Virus record (IMG/VR): IMGVR_UViG_3300044698_000097
Location: 1-42,242 of that record
DNA from: a virus
Lineage: Duplodnaviria; Caudoviricetes
DNA: 42,242 nucleotides
Strand: one strand, 5' to 3'
Shown: in pieces, positions 9,024 through 17,225 of the stretch
How positions within the stretch are numbered: position 1 is the stretch's first letter
How the letters are laid out: the number at the start of each line of letters is the position of its first letter
Translations under genes and position numbers: made by a program
Notes under the pieces: generated by a model
What the model was told of the DNA's origin: nothing
Database searches by the model: none
What the model saw: only the letters and a program-made list of their open reading frames with translations

Positions 9024-11494
9024 GTCGCCACCCCGTTGATGACCTCGCTACGCGCCTGCGTGGCGTACCGGATATTCCATGTCATTTCGTTCAGCCGACC
9101 ACCAGACGTCGTCGGCCCGTTGAAGATTTGGTTTACCGTCACCCCGTTGTCAGTAGCGCCCGTGCCCTGCACGCCCGTCCTACCCGCCGCACCGGCAGCG
9201 ACGAGGGGCGACAGAGCACGATTCATCGCGTTCGCCGGAGCGTTCACGTTCGCGAGGATGCCGTCAGCGACCATCTGCGCGATCTGCCGACCCGAGTTCT
9301 CCGGGTTGCCCGCCCCCGACAACGGGCCTTCCTTCGCCGGCGAGAACGGCAGGTAGTCACGGATCGTGCCGGCCAGGTTGCTCGCCGCCCCCGCAAGGGA
9401 ACCGATCATCGCCTGTATGCCGTTGATGAGCCCCTGCACGACGTTCCGGCCGGCCTGATAGAGCAACTGCCCCAGGTCACCGATGGCGCGCCCGATACGC
9501 GCCGGCAGGTCACGGAAGAACCCGACGACGTTGTCCAGGCCGGCACGTGCCGTAGAGGCCACGGTCCGCACACCCAGAGAGAACAGACTCTGCGCCACCG
9601 ACCACAGCCCGCGCACAGTCGCGATGGCCCGGTCACGCATCGCGAGGAACCGCCCGATCAGGCGAGCAACCCACGAGATGACGCCCGTGATGATCCGCGC
9701 CTGAAAGTTCGTGAACGACGTCAGCACGCCGTTCCACCAGTTCCGTACCGCGGCGATGACCTCCGCGCCACCGTTGCGGAAGTAGTTCTGTATCGTCCGC
9801 CACAGGAAGCGCACGATGCCCGTCAGGATGGTGACGACGCCGTCGGCCACCTGCGTCAGCCCGTCCCACGCCTGTTCCCAATCGCCGGTGAACACCCCCG
9901 TCAGGAACGTGATCAGGCCACCCAAGATGTCGAACACGCCGCCAAGCACGTCGACGACGAGCGTGATGGCGTTGACCACCTGGGCACCGAAGATCTCCAG
10001 AAAGATCCCGATGAGCGGCTGTAGCAGCGTGACGAGCCCAGTGATTGCCGGCGAGAGGTTCTGCGAGAACAGGCGCCCGATCTCCGCGAGCGCCGGCCCC
10101 AGCGCGCCCAGGATCAGCGTGACCAGCGGGGCCAGTAGACCGATGAGCTGCGCGACGACGCCCAGCACGACACCGATCACGGGCGCGAGCCCCTGCACCG
10201 CGGTGGACAGGTTCACGGCAAGAGCGGTGATCACGGGTTCGAGCGCGGTACGGAGCTGCGTGACGATGGGGATGAGCACGGACAGCAGCGAAGCGATGCC
10301 GGTGAAGATCGGCCCGACGACGCCGCCCAGGATGCTGATGGTCGCGCCTACCTGCGTGATCAGGTCGTAGAACTGCTGTAGGCCCGCCTGCGCGCTCGCG
10401 GTCTGTAGGAACGCCGCGAGCTGCCCCGTAGCGGCCTCGAACGACGCCAGTAGGCTCGCGCCTTCGTCCGCGCCGGCGCCCAGCACGCTGATCAGGATGG
10501 ACCCCAGGTTCGTGACGATGCCGATGAGGGAACCCATGGTCGACATGGCCATGTCGAGCGCGTCAGCAAGCGCCCCCGACTGCACCACGCCTTCCGCCCA
10601 GCCGGCGAACCCGTCGGTCACGGCGCTGATCGACTCCGCGAGCTGCGTCGCCGAACCAATCGACCCCTCGAACAGGGTGAGCAGCCCGGCACCGATGTTG
10701 CCGAACGCCGGCAGGATCGCCGCAAGGGTGTCGTTCAGGCCCGCCATGATGGTATTGATCTGCCCCGCACCACCCCCAGCCACGATGAACTGCGAGAACG
10801 CCTGCGCCGCGTCGTTCAGGATCGCCGCCGTGCCGGACAGGTTCGTCGTCAGGTTCGGCAGGATCGAGTCCGACAGGGCTGACAGCTCGCCCGCCAGGCC
10901 GCGGAACAGTTCCTGCTGCACGGAGTTCTGGAACGCCGACCACGCCGGCGTCAGCTCACCGACGACACCGACGACGTTCCGCGCGGCCGGCGCGAGCGAA
11001 TCCATGGCCGCCGTCAGCTCATCCTGCGTAGCCGCCGAGATCGCACCAGTGGCCGCCAGTTCCTGCTGCGCGGCAGCCTGTGCCGTGATCGCGTCACTGA
11101 CCCCAGCAGAACCGACCTGCACCGCAGCGAAACCCTGCCCCAGGGACGCGAACACGCCACCGGCGGCCAGGGCAGCCACCGACGCCTGCCCGACCGCCCC
11201 AGCGACCGCAAGCGCGCCCGCAGCGACACCGGCGAGCGACGGCCCGATGGGCACGAGCGCGCCCACCAGACCAGACGCCACGGAGCCGATGCGCGCGATC
11301 GCGGAGCCCTGCTGCGTCAGGGCCTGCCCCAGCGTCGACGACGCGCCCCGGTCGAACCCGTCGCCGAAGTCGCGCCCCAGACGGTCACCGGCGCTGCCCG
11401 TGTCGACGCTGCGTAGCTGTCGGGTGATCGCCCGGTCGAAGTCGACGTCGGCGTCACCACTGATGTCCAGCAGCACCGGAACCCGGATGGCCAC
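9020..11494 (-). CDS. tape measure protein
   Basis: 824 aa, Ala/Gly/Leu-rich helical; FTGDWEQAW and LPFSPAKEGPLSG motifs; follows the chaperones. Confidence 0.93.
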   Translation of the reverse strand: MAIRVPVLLDISGDADVDFDRAITRQLRSVDTGSAGDRLGRDFGDGFDRGASSTLGQALTQQGSAIARIGSVASGLVGALVPIGPSLAGVAAGALAVAGAVGQASVAALAAGGVFASLGQGFAAVQVGSAGVSDAITAQAAAQQELAATGAISAATQDELTAAMDSLAPAARNVVGVVGELTPAWSAFQNSVQQELFRGLAGELSALSDSILPNLTTNLSGTAAILNDAAQAFSQFIVAGGGAGQINTIMAGLNDTLAAILPAFGNIGAGLLTLFEGSIGSATQLAESISAVTDGFAGWAEGVVQSGALADALDMAMSTMGSLIGIVTNLGSILISVLGAGADEGASLLASFEAATGQLAAFLQTASAQAGLQQFYDLITQVGATISILGGVVGPIFTGIASLLSVLIPIVTQLRTALEPVITALAVNLSTAVQGLAPVIGVVLGVVAQLIGLLAPLVTLILGALGPALAEIGRLFSQNLSPAITGLVTLLQPLIGIFLEIFGAQVVNAITLVVDVLGGVFDILGGLITFLTGVFTGDWEQAWDGLTQVADGVVTILTGIVRFLWRTIQNYFRNGGAEVIAAVRNWWNGVLTSFTNFQARIITGVISWVARLIGRFLAMRDRAIATVRGLWSVAQSLFSLGVRTVASTARAGLDNVVGFFRDLPARIGRAIGDLGQLLYQAGRNVVQGLINGIQAMIGSLAGAASNLAGTIRDYLPFSPAKEGPLSGAGNPENSGRQIAQMVADGILANVNAPANAMNRALSPLVAAGAAGRTGVQGTGATDNGVTVNQIFNGPTTSGGRLNEMTWNIRYATQARSEVINGVAT

Positions 11495-11496
11495 GG

Positions 11497-11788
11497 CTAC
11501 ACCTCACCCTCGTTGAACGACTCTCCGTTGCCGAACTCCGCTGCCATGACGTTCGGATCCCACGCCGTGCCAGCCGTGTCGCCCCGATACCCCTTCGGCG
11601 GAAGCTCGAACATGCCGCGCGTCTTCATCTGTTCGGCCTCGTCCTTCCCTTCCAGCAGCCAGAAAAAGATCAGGTCACACAGCTCGCGGCCGTCTAGTTC
11701 TCCGAGTCGAATTCCGGACGCGACGGCGCGGCCGTTGACGGCTTCTTCCACGGCTGCCGCGACGCACCGTTGGAAGATGTAGTAGGGC
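11497..11788 (-). CDS. tail assembly chaperone extension (gpT-like, -1 frame)
   Basis: Overlaps the chaperone gene in the -1 frame and abuts the tape measure; true start uncertain. Confidence 0.65.
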
Positions 11789-12140
11789 GGCCCGTGTTCG
11801 CCTTCTGAAGCTGCACGAACAGCCACTGCATGTGCTCGTCGTCGAGGATGTCGTCATCGTCGTCCATGCGTTCGACGATGTGCGCCCACGCGTCGGGACC
11901 GAACCCGCGCGACATCCAATCCGTCTGGGCACGGCCCGATTCCTTCACCGCCTGCACGTCGTTCAGGTTCGGCAGGGTGCGCTGCATCTTCAGCAGCCGG
12001 CCCATGCGCGGGTAGGCGAACTCGTACGGGCCTTCGCCGTCGGGCTCGCCGTTCGGGCCGGGCAACCACACCTCTTCGGTAGCGCCTTCCAGCCCTTCCA
12101 TGCCCTGCATGCGTGCGTTTGCATCAACCTTGATCGCCAT
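11694..12140 (-). CDS. tail assembly chaperone (gpG-like)
   Basis: Position before the tape measure, AGGAGG RBS, GRPT near the C-terminus. Confidence 0.75.
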   Translation of the reverse strand: MAIKVDANARMQGMEGLEGATEEVWLPGPNGEPDGEGPYEFAYPRMGRLLKMQRTLPNLNDVQAVKESGRAQTDWMSRGFGPDAWAHIVERMDDDDDILDDEHMQWLFVQLQKANTGRPTTSSNGASRQPWKKPSTAAPSRPEFDSEN

Positions 12141-12158
12141 GTGTCCTGCCTCCTGTGA

Positions 12159-12566
12159 TCATCTGACGGTGATATCGAACTCGACGTCGGACGCCCCAAC
12201 ACGGGACATCTCCGCTTCCATCAGGGGCCGCAGCCCCCGATAGTTCCGCACCCACTTCACGGGGTGCCGGGCACCGGGCCACCACATGAACCGCTTGCCC
12301 CACCGCGAGAACCCCTGCGCGTCACGGCGCGCGGGGATGATCCCCGGGTTGCCGTGCTCGGACAGGATCGTTCCTTGTCCAGCGCCGACCTCGACGCTCA
12401 TGGTGTTCGCGGCCTCGACGCCGGCGGGATGGTCCTGTATCCGGCGCCGGACACGCCGAATCGTCGCCTCGCCTACCTGGCGGGCGACCTCTTCGCGGAT
12501 CTGGCGTCGGACGTCAGCGACGCCCGTGATGGGTCCGTTACGCCGTACGTTCGCCCGGATCGGCAC
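12159..12566 (-). CDS. putative tail completion / neck protein
   Basis: Basic protein with EHG.PGII...KWV pattern in the head-tail region. Confidence 0.55.
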   Translation of the reverse strand: MPIRANVRRNGPITGVADVRRQIREEVARQVGEATIRRVRRRIQDHPAGVEAANTMSVEVGAGQGTILSEHGNPGIIPARRDAQGFSRWGKRFMWWPGARHPVKWVRNYRGLRPLMEAEMSRVGASDVEFDITVR

Positions 12567-13176
12567 TGGTGACCATGTCCTCGGTCACCGGCTCATCTTC
12601 CGGTGTTGCCGGTCGTCCACCATCCACCGAATGATCGGGGAAGGCAGGCCGGGACATGCGGTCAAGTGCCAGCTCCGCGACAGCAGCGCGGATCTCGTTG
12701 CGGCCCATCTCGTCTGTGACGGTGACACCGCGGGCGCCCGCGTACTTCGCCCAGACGTCACGGGACGCGTTCCCCTTCGGTGTCTCGATGGCCGGCGCGT
12801 CGACGGGCAGCGCCGTCGGGTCGTCTTCCTCGAAGAACTCCGTAGGGTCGATAACCGGACCGTGTGCCGGGTCAGCGAGATCGACGACGGGCGAGTGCGC
12901 CGGGCCGCCAGGCAGCTCGCCCGTGCGCATCGTCTCCGCGATCTGCCCTGGCGTCTGCGAGAGCACGTGCACCGGCGGTGCAAGCTCCGGCGCATCCGCG
13001 GTCACGATGGTCACGGCGCTCGCGGGACGCCGACCCTTGACGCCGGCCGGTGGCACGTTCTGGTGTGGTGCGGCCTTCGCCTGGTTCCGTGCGATCATCC
13101 CGAGTCCGACGCGGCGGGCGACGGAACGGATTTTGCCGTCCGGCGTACGGACGGCCATGCGGTCAGCAGCAGACAT
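12538..13176 (-). CDS. hypothetical protein with a C-terminal small helical domain
   Basis: GGGAGG RBS before ATG at 13176; PKGNASRDVWAKYA...MGRNEIRAAV motif. Confidence 0.65.
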   Translation of the reverse strand: MSAADRMAVRTPDGKIRSVARRVGLGMIARNQAKAAPHQNVPPAGVKGRRPASAVTIVTADAPELAPPVHVLSQTPGQIAETMRTGELPGGPAHSPVVDLADPAHGPVIDPTEFFEEDDPTALPVDAPAIETPKGNASRDVWAKYAGARGVTVTDEMGRNEIRAAVAELALDRMSRPAFPDHSVDGGRPATPEDEPVTEDMVTSADPGERTA

Positions 13177-13702
13177 CGAACCTCCCTGTGATCGTCCAGA
13201 ACCCGCCACCACAACCGCCCCCAACCACGGGGGTCCAAGTCGTGACGACGATAGCAGCGTCCCGCAGACGCTGAACCTTCGGCGCGCAACACCGGATCGC
13301 ACGGAAGATCCCGTCAGCGTCGACGGCCTGCCGTGCGGCGTCGGCCTGCACCTGCTCGACGGTGGGGAACTGCATTTCGTCGGTGGGCTTCGCCATGCAC
13401 CGCACGGCACCGACCTGCGCCGACCACACCCACGCGTCACACCCGACGGTGCCCGTGTTCGTCGGGTGCGGGTTCAGGCCCACGATGGCGGCGTAGAGCT
13501 GCCCGTCAGAGCCGTCGGCGCAGTCGTCGACCTCGCACGAGTCGAACGGCACTTCAGGCCCGGGGTACACGGCGACCCGGCAGAACGGGTCCAAGACGCA
13601 GTCGGCCCCCGGGAAGTCGCTGGCCTCCGAGTCGTCGTGCGTCATGATCTCCAGCAGATCCGACAGCAGTTCGATGACGCCGACGACGGGTGCCGCGCTC
13701 AC
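13163..13702 (-). CDS. putative tail terminator / head-tail protein, Cys-rich
   Basis: Follows the adaptor; VGAVRC...IRCC...GGCGGGFWT. Confidence 0.65.
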   Translation of the reverse strand: MSAAPVVGVIELLSDLLEIMTHDDSEASDFPGADCVLDPFCRVAVYPGPEVPFDSCEVDDCADGSDGQLYAAIVGLNPHPTNTGTVGCDAWVWSAQVGAVRCMAKPTDEMQFPTVEQVQADAARQAVDADGIFRAIRCCAPKVQRLRDAAIVVTTWTPVVGGGCGGGFWTITGRFDVCC

Positions 13703-14622
13703 GATGAACCCGCCGAACCCATGCAGTCGTTACCCGGGCGCGGCCACGTCAGCACCGTCTGCTGCACCAGCTCCGGGCTGATGACGGACGGCGTCGCGGC
13801 GCCGGCGAAGCGGGCCTGTTCGATCCACGCGTCGATCTCCCAGATGCCCGTGCGCAGGTTCACCAGGTTCTCGAACCGGTCGTTGAACCCGATCGTCACC
13901 CCCTGCCGGGTGATCGTCTGGATACGGCGCGGCAGCCGGCAGTCGTCCTTCCGTAGGCACGCCTTCAGGAACTCGCACATCAGCGTGCCGGTGATCAGCT
14001 CGACCCCCGCCGGCGGGCACTTCCCTTCCAGCACGGTGATGGACCACGTGCCGGGGCCGTCGATCTTCCCCAGCTCTTGGCAGATCGGCCACCGCCCGCC
14101 GTCGGTGCGCACGACGCGCGCGCCGTCGTACACCGCGACCATCCCGCACGGGTCGTAGTCGACGCCGTCGAGGCGCACGTTGAGCACCTGCGACACCCCG
14201 GGCAGGTAGACCTCACTGACCTCCGTGCACTGGCACCCGCGCTTGCACTTCCCGCAGGACATGTTCACCCAGTCCAGGGAGTTCGCGAGCCGGTACGGGC
14301 GCGTCACACCCGTGCCGGCGTACCCGCCGCAGCAGTTCGCGGCCGGCGCGCAGTTCTCGCGGCACGGCCGGTAGGTCCGCGGGCACCCGCCGTAGATCTT
14401 CCCCGTGGCGGTATAGAGGTAGTTCGCGGCCCACTGCTCCGCCATGATCCGCAGGCCCGGGTTCATGCTCTCGAAGTCCAGGTTGCAGCACTCGTCACAG
14501 ATGAACGGGGCCGGCCAGCACGCGTCACCGCACGACACGAACCGATCACCGGGCGACTCACCCGGGGACTCGTCGGCCAAGACGTCGAACGCCGTTGAGA
14601 ACGCGGAAGAGAACTCGGCCAT
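13699..14622 (-). CDS. head-to-tail adaptor, Cys-rich
   Basis: CRLPRRIQTITRQGVTI and TGIWEIDAWI motifs; start MAEFSSAFSTAF at 14622. Confidence 0.8.
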   Translation of the reverse strand: MAEFSSAFSTAFDVLADESPGESPGDRFVSCGDACWPAPFICDECCNLDFESMNPGLRIMAEQWAANYLYTATGKIYGGCPRTYRPCRENCAPAANCCGGYAGTGVTRPYRLANSLDWVNMSCGKCKRGCQCTEVSEVYLPGVSQVLNVRLDGVDYDPCGMVAVYDGARVVRTDGGRWPICQELGKIDGPGTWSITVLEGKCPPAGVELITGTLMCEFLKACLRKDDCRLPRRIQTITRQGVTIGFNDRFENLVNLRTGIWEIDAWIEQARFAGAATPSVISPELVQQTVLTWPRPGNDCMGSAGSS

Positions 14623-15350
14623 CAGACGATCGCGCCCGTAGCGTCGACCCAGTTCGCGCCGTCCCACCAGATCGCATGACCGAGCGTCGTATCGAAGTAC
14701 ATGAATCCGATAGCGACGGTCGTCGGTCGCTCTGCTGTGGTGCCGTCCGGTGAGGTGGTAGGGGTCCGCGCCACCAGGATCGCGCCCATGCTCACGTGCG
14801 AGTCGATGACCCACCCCACGAACGATGACGTCGTTGACGCTGTGAGCGTCCCAGCGGACGAGCCGTAGACCCGGGTGCCGACGCTGAGCGCCGCTGTGTT
14901 CAGTTCACGCACGAGACCGAACGTAGTGACCTTGCCGTTGCTGTTGTTCGCGATGTCGTGCGTCGTCACACCGATGGACCTGCCCAGCCCGTCGTCTAGC
15001 CCTATGGTCGGCAGGTTCCCGGTCGCTCCGGTGATCTGCACGGCACTGCCGTTCAGGATCGTCGCGCCGGAGTTGTTGCGTACGTTCACCCACTGCTCGT
15101 GCCCAAGCTGTAGGACGACGCCGTCGATGTCCGACATCAGCTCTGCGATACCGTCCGAGTCGTTCCAGTGCATGTGACCCGGCGTGTGCACCGGGATCGG
15201 TGGATTGGTCTCGAACAGCAGCCCCTCGATGGGGTCTGTGCCATCGGTGCGGCCCCACAGCGCCGTGACGGCGGCTCGCACGTCAGCGGCGCTGATCAGG
15301 CCGTCGTCGTTGTCCGGCAGCAGTGCAAGGATCTCCGCGAGCGTCGCCAT
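14622..15350 (-). CDS. putative neck/collar fibre or decoration protein
   Basis: N-terminal LPDNDDGLISAADVR; C-terminal GTTAERP...MYFDTTLG..IWWDG..WVDATG fibre motif. Confidence 0.6.
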   Translation of the reverse strand: MATLAEILALLPDNDDGLISAADVRAAVTALWGRTDGTDPIEGLLFETNPPIPVHTPGHMHWNDSDGIAELMSDIDGVVLQLGHEQWVNVRNNSGATILNGSAVQITGATGNLPTIGLDDGLGRSIGVTTHDIANNSNGKVTTFGLVRELNTAALSVGTRVYGSSAGTLTASTTSSFVGWVIDSHVSMGAILVARTPTTSPDGTTAERPTTVAIGFMYFDTTLGHAIWWDGANWVDATGAIV

Positions 15351-15392
15351 GGTCTACGTCCTTCCGGTGGGTGCAGTTCGTCAGGTCACAGA

Positions 15393-15440
15393 ATGACCCG
15401 CGAGCGCCGATGGTCCGTCTCTCGGCGCTCGCGGGTCATG
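15393..15440 (-). terminator. hairpin downstream of the tail tube gene
   Basis: ATGACCCGCGAGCGCCGA ... TCGGCGCTCGCGGGTCAT inverted repeat. Confidence 0.75.
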
Positions 15441-15447
15441 ATGGGTG

Positions 15448-16233
15448 TCAGGCCGGCACGAGGCACGGGTCAACGGGCGATTCCAGCGAGAGCCCGACGT
15501 ATCCGTACTCCGCCGTCGGCGGCAGGCAGTCCTGGCACGTCGCGATGTAGCTGGGCGGGGGAACGTCGGTGGCCATCTTCCGCATGATCGACCCCTGACG
15601 CATCGGGTCAACCAGGCGGCCGTCGACGCTCTGCTGAACGTCGTTGTACGGGCCGCGGCCCCAGCCGTGGTTGCCCTTCGCGAACCCCGCCAGCGTGATC
15701 GACCAGATGGTGTCGGACCCACCCCACTCGATCTCACCGTCGAGCTGCCAGTTTTCGATGCACGGGAACAGCGCGTAGCCGTACCGGGCTCCGGCGCCAC
15801 AGTCGATGCCGGCCACACCGGTCCACATCTCCAGCGCCACCTGATTCGTGTTGATGCCGTCCATGACATCGATACCGACGGCGTTGCACGCCTGGTCCAT
15901 GACGATCGGCCAACCGGTCAGCTTGCTGATGAACCACGGGTCGACCTGGCACAGCGTGATCGACACGTTGAAGCCCTGAAGCACCGACGGGTCGCGCTCG
16001 CTGATGCAGATGTCGCCGTTCGCCTTCCGTTCCAGGATCTCTTCACCCTCGTCGACCTGCGCTTCCGCGCTGACCAGGGTGAACGAGTCCGTCACGGCGA
16101 TACTGCACGGCAGCCCAGCCGGAGATCCGGGCGAGCCCGGGGAGTCCTCCGGCGGGGGAGGCGTGCAGCAGTCATCGAGTTCGGTGACACGCAGAGACTG
16201 AGCCCTGAAGGGCTTGAAACAGGTCTGAGGCAT
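15448..16233 (-). CDS. major tail (tube) protein
   Basis: LRVTELDDC, ERKANGDIC, LCQVDP, ALEMWT and WGRGPY motifs; strong RBS and a downstream terminator. Confidence 0.85.
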   Translation of the reverse strand: MPQTCFKPFRAQSLRVTELDDCCTPPPPEDSPGSPGSPAGLPCSIAVTDSFTLVSAEAQVDEGEEILERKANGDICISERDPSVLQGFNVSITLCQVDPWFISKLTGWPIVMDQACNAVGIDVMDGINTNQVALEMWTGVAGIDCGAGARYGYALFPCIENWQLDGEIEWGGSDTIWSITLAGFAKGNHGWGRGPYNDVQQSVDGRLVDPMRQGSIMRKMATDVPPPSYIATCQDCLPPTAEYGYVGLSLESPVDPCLVPA

Positions 16234-16256
16234 CCTCTACTTCCTTTCTGTGCGCG

Positions 16257-17192
16257 TCACGGGGACGGGATGGGTTCGGGGCCAGGCGACTCGTCGGCCA
16301 CGTTGCTCCGCGACGTGCACGCCGCGGCGATGCTCGACCCGACGGCGAACGTGGCGCACGGCGTGAACGCCGCCAGTGCGACGCGCTCGTCACGCGCCGT
16401 CGCGGTGTTGTTCGCCCGGTTGACGTCTCCGAGCATCCCTGTGGCACCTACGCCCGCCCAGATGGCTGACGTGCCGTAGATCCACAGTTCGTCGCCGGCG
16501 ACAGGGCCACCGGTCGTGTTCCAGGGCACGCACGGGTCACCGGGCGAGTCATCCGCCGGCGATCCGACCGGCGGCCGGCCATCGAACCCGCCGTCGACGA
16601 TCACCCGCGTGCCCGTGATGGTGAACAGGTTCCCGCCCTCGCGCACGAGGAACGGCCACATCTCCAACGCGAGCTGCGGCCCCACGAGGATGACGCCTCG
16701 CCGGCCCGCCGTGGTGTCCGCCAGGGCCTGTTCCAGGCAGCCCACGGCGGCAATGATGTCGTCGAACCCGGTGCCGAGATCGATGGCGTGCGTCTGCAAC
16801 GACGGGTTCGACAGGTCACCCTGCGCCCGGGGGTTCGCGTCACGGCGAGCAGCCTCACCGGTCAGCAGCTCCCGCGCGAGCGCGTAGCCGGCCGTCGCGT
16901 CGAGTCCATCCCGCGCGACGGCCTGCACGTCGATCCCGCCGAACGTTGAGCACTCGACGGCCTGAATCAGCGCAACGGGCCGGAACGTCTCCGTGCCGGC
17001 ACGCTGCGCGTCCTTCAGCCCCGGGATGTCGCACGGCGGGCACTCGCCCATGACAGTCGGTGTGAGGCACGACGTGTCGTTGAACGAGATACCGCGCTCC
17101 CAGCCCTGCGGCAGCGGGCAGGATCCGGAGAGGAACCCGCCCGCTGACGCAGGGGCGCACCGGTCAAGCTCGACCGGGATGGGGATTGGCAT
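16257..17192 (-). CDS. second capsid protein (pentamer-type / minor capsid)
   Basis: Directly follows the major capsid gene; WERGISF, ELWIYGT and NRANN..T motifs. Confidence 0.65.
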   Translation of the reverse strand: MPIPIPVELDRCAPASAGGFLSGSCPLPQGWERGISFNDTSCLTPTVMGECPPCDIPGLKDAQRAGTETFRPVALIQAVECSTFGGIDVQAVARDGLDATAGYALARELLTGEAARRDANPRAQGDLSNPSLQTHAIDLGTGFDDIIAAVGCLEQALADTTAGRRGVILVGPQLALEMWPFLVREGGNLFTITGTRVIVDGGFDGRPPVGSPADDSPGDPCVPWNTTGGPVAGDELWIYGTSAIWAGVGATGMLGDVNRANNTATARDERVALAAFTPCATFAVGSSIAAACTSRSNVADESPGPEPIPSP

Positions 17193-17225
17193 TGCTCACC
17201 ACCCTTCAGCGGTATGGGTGGTGGA

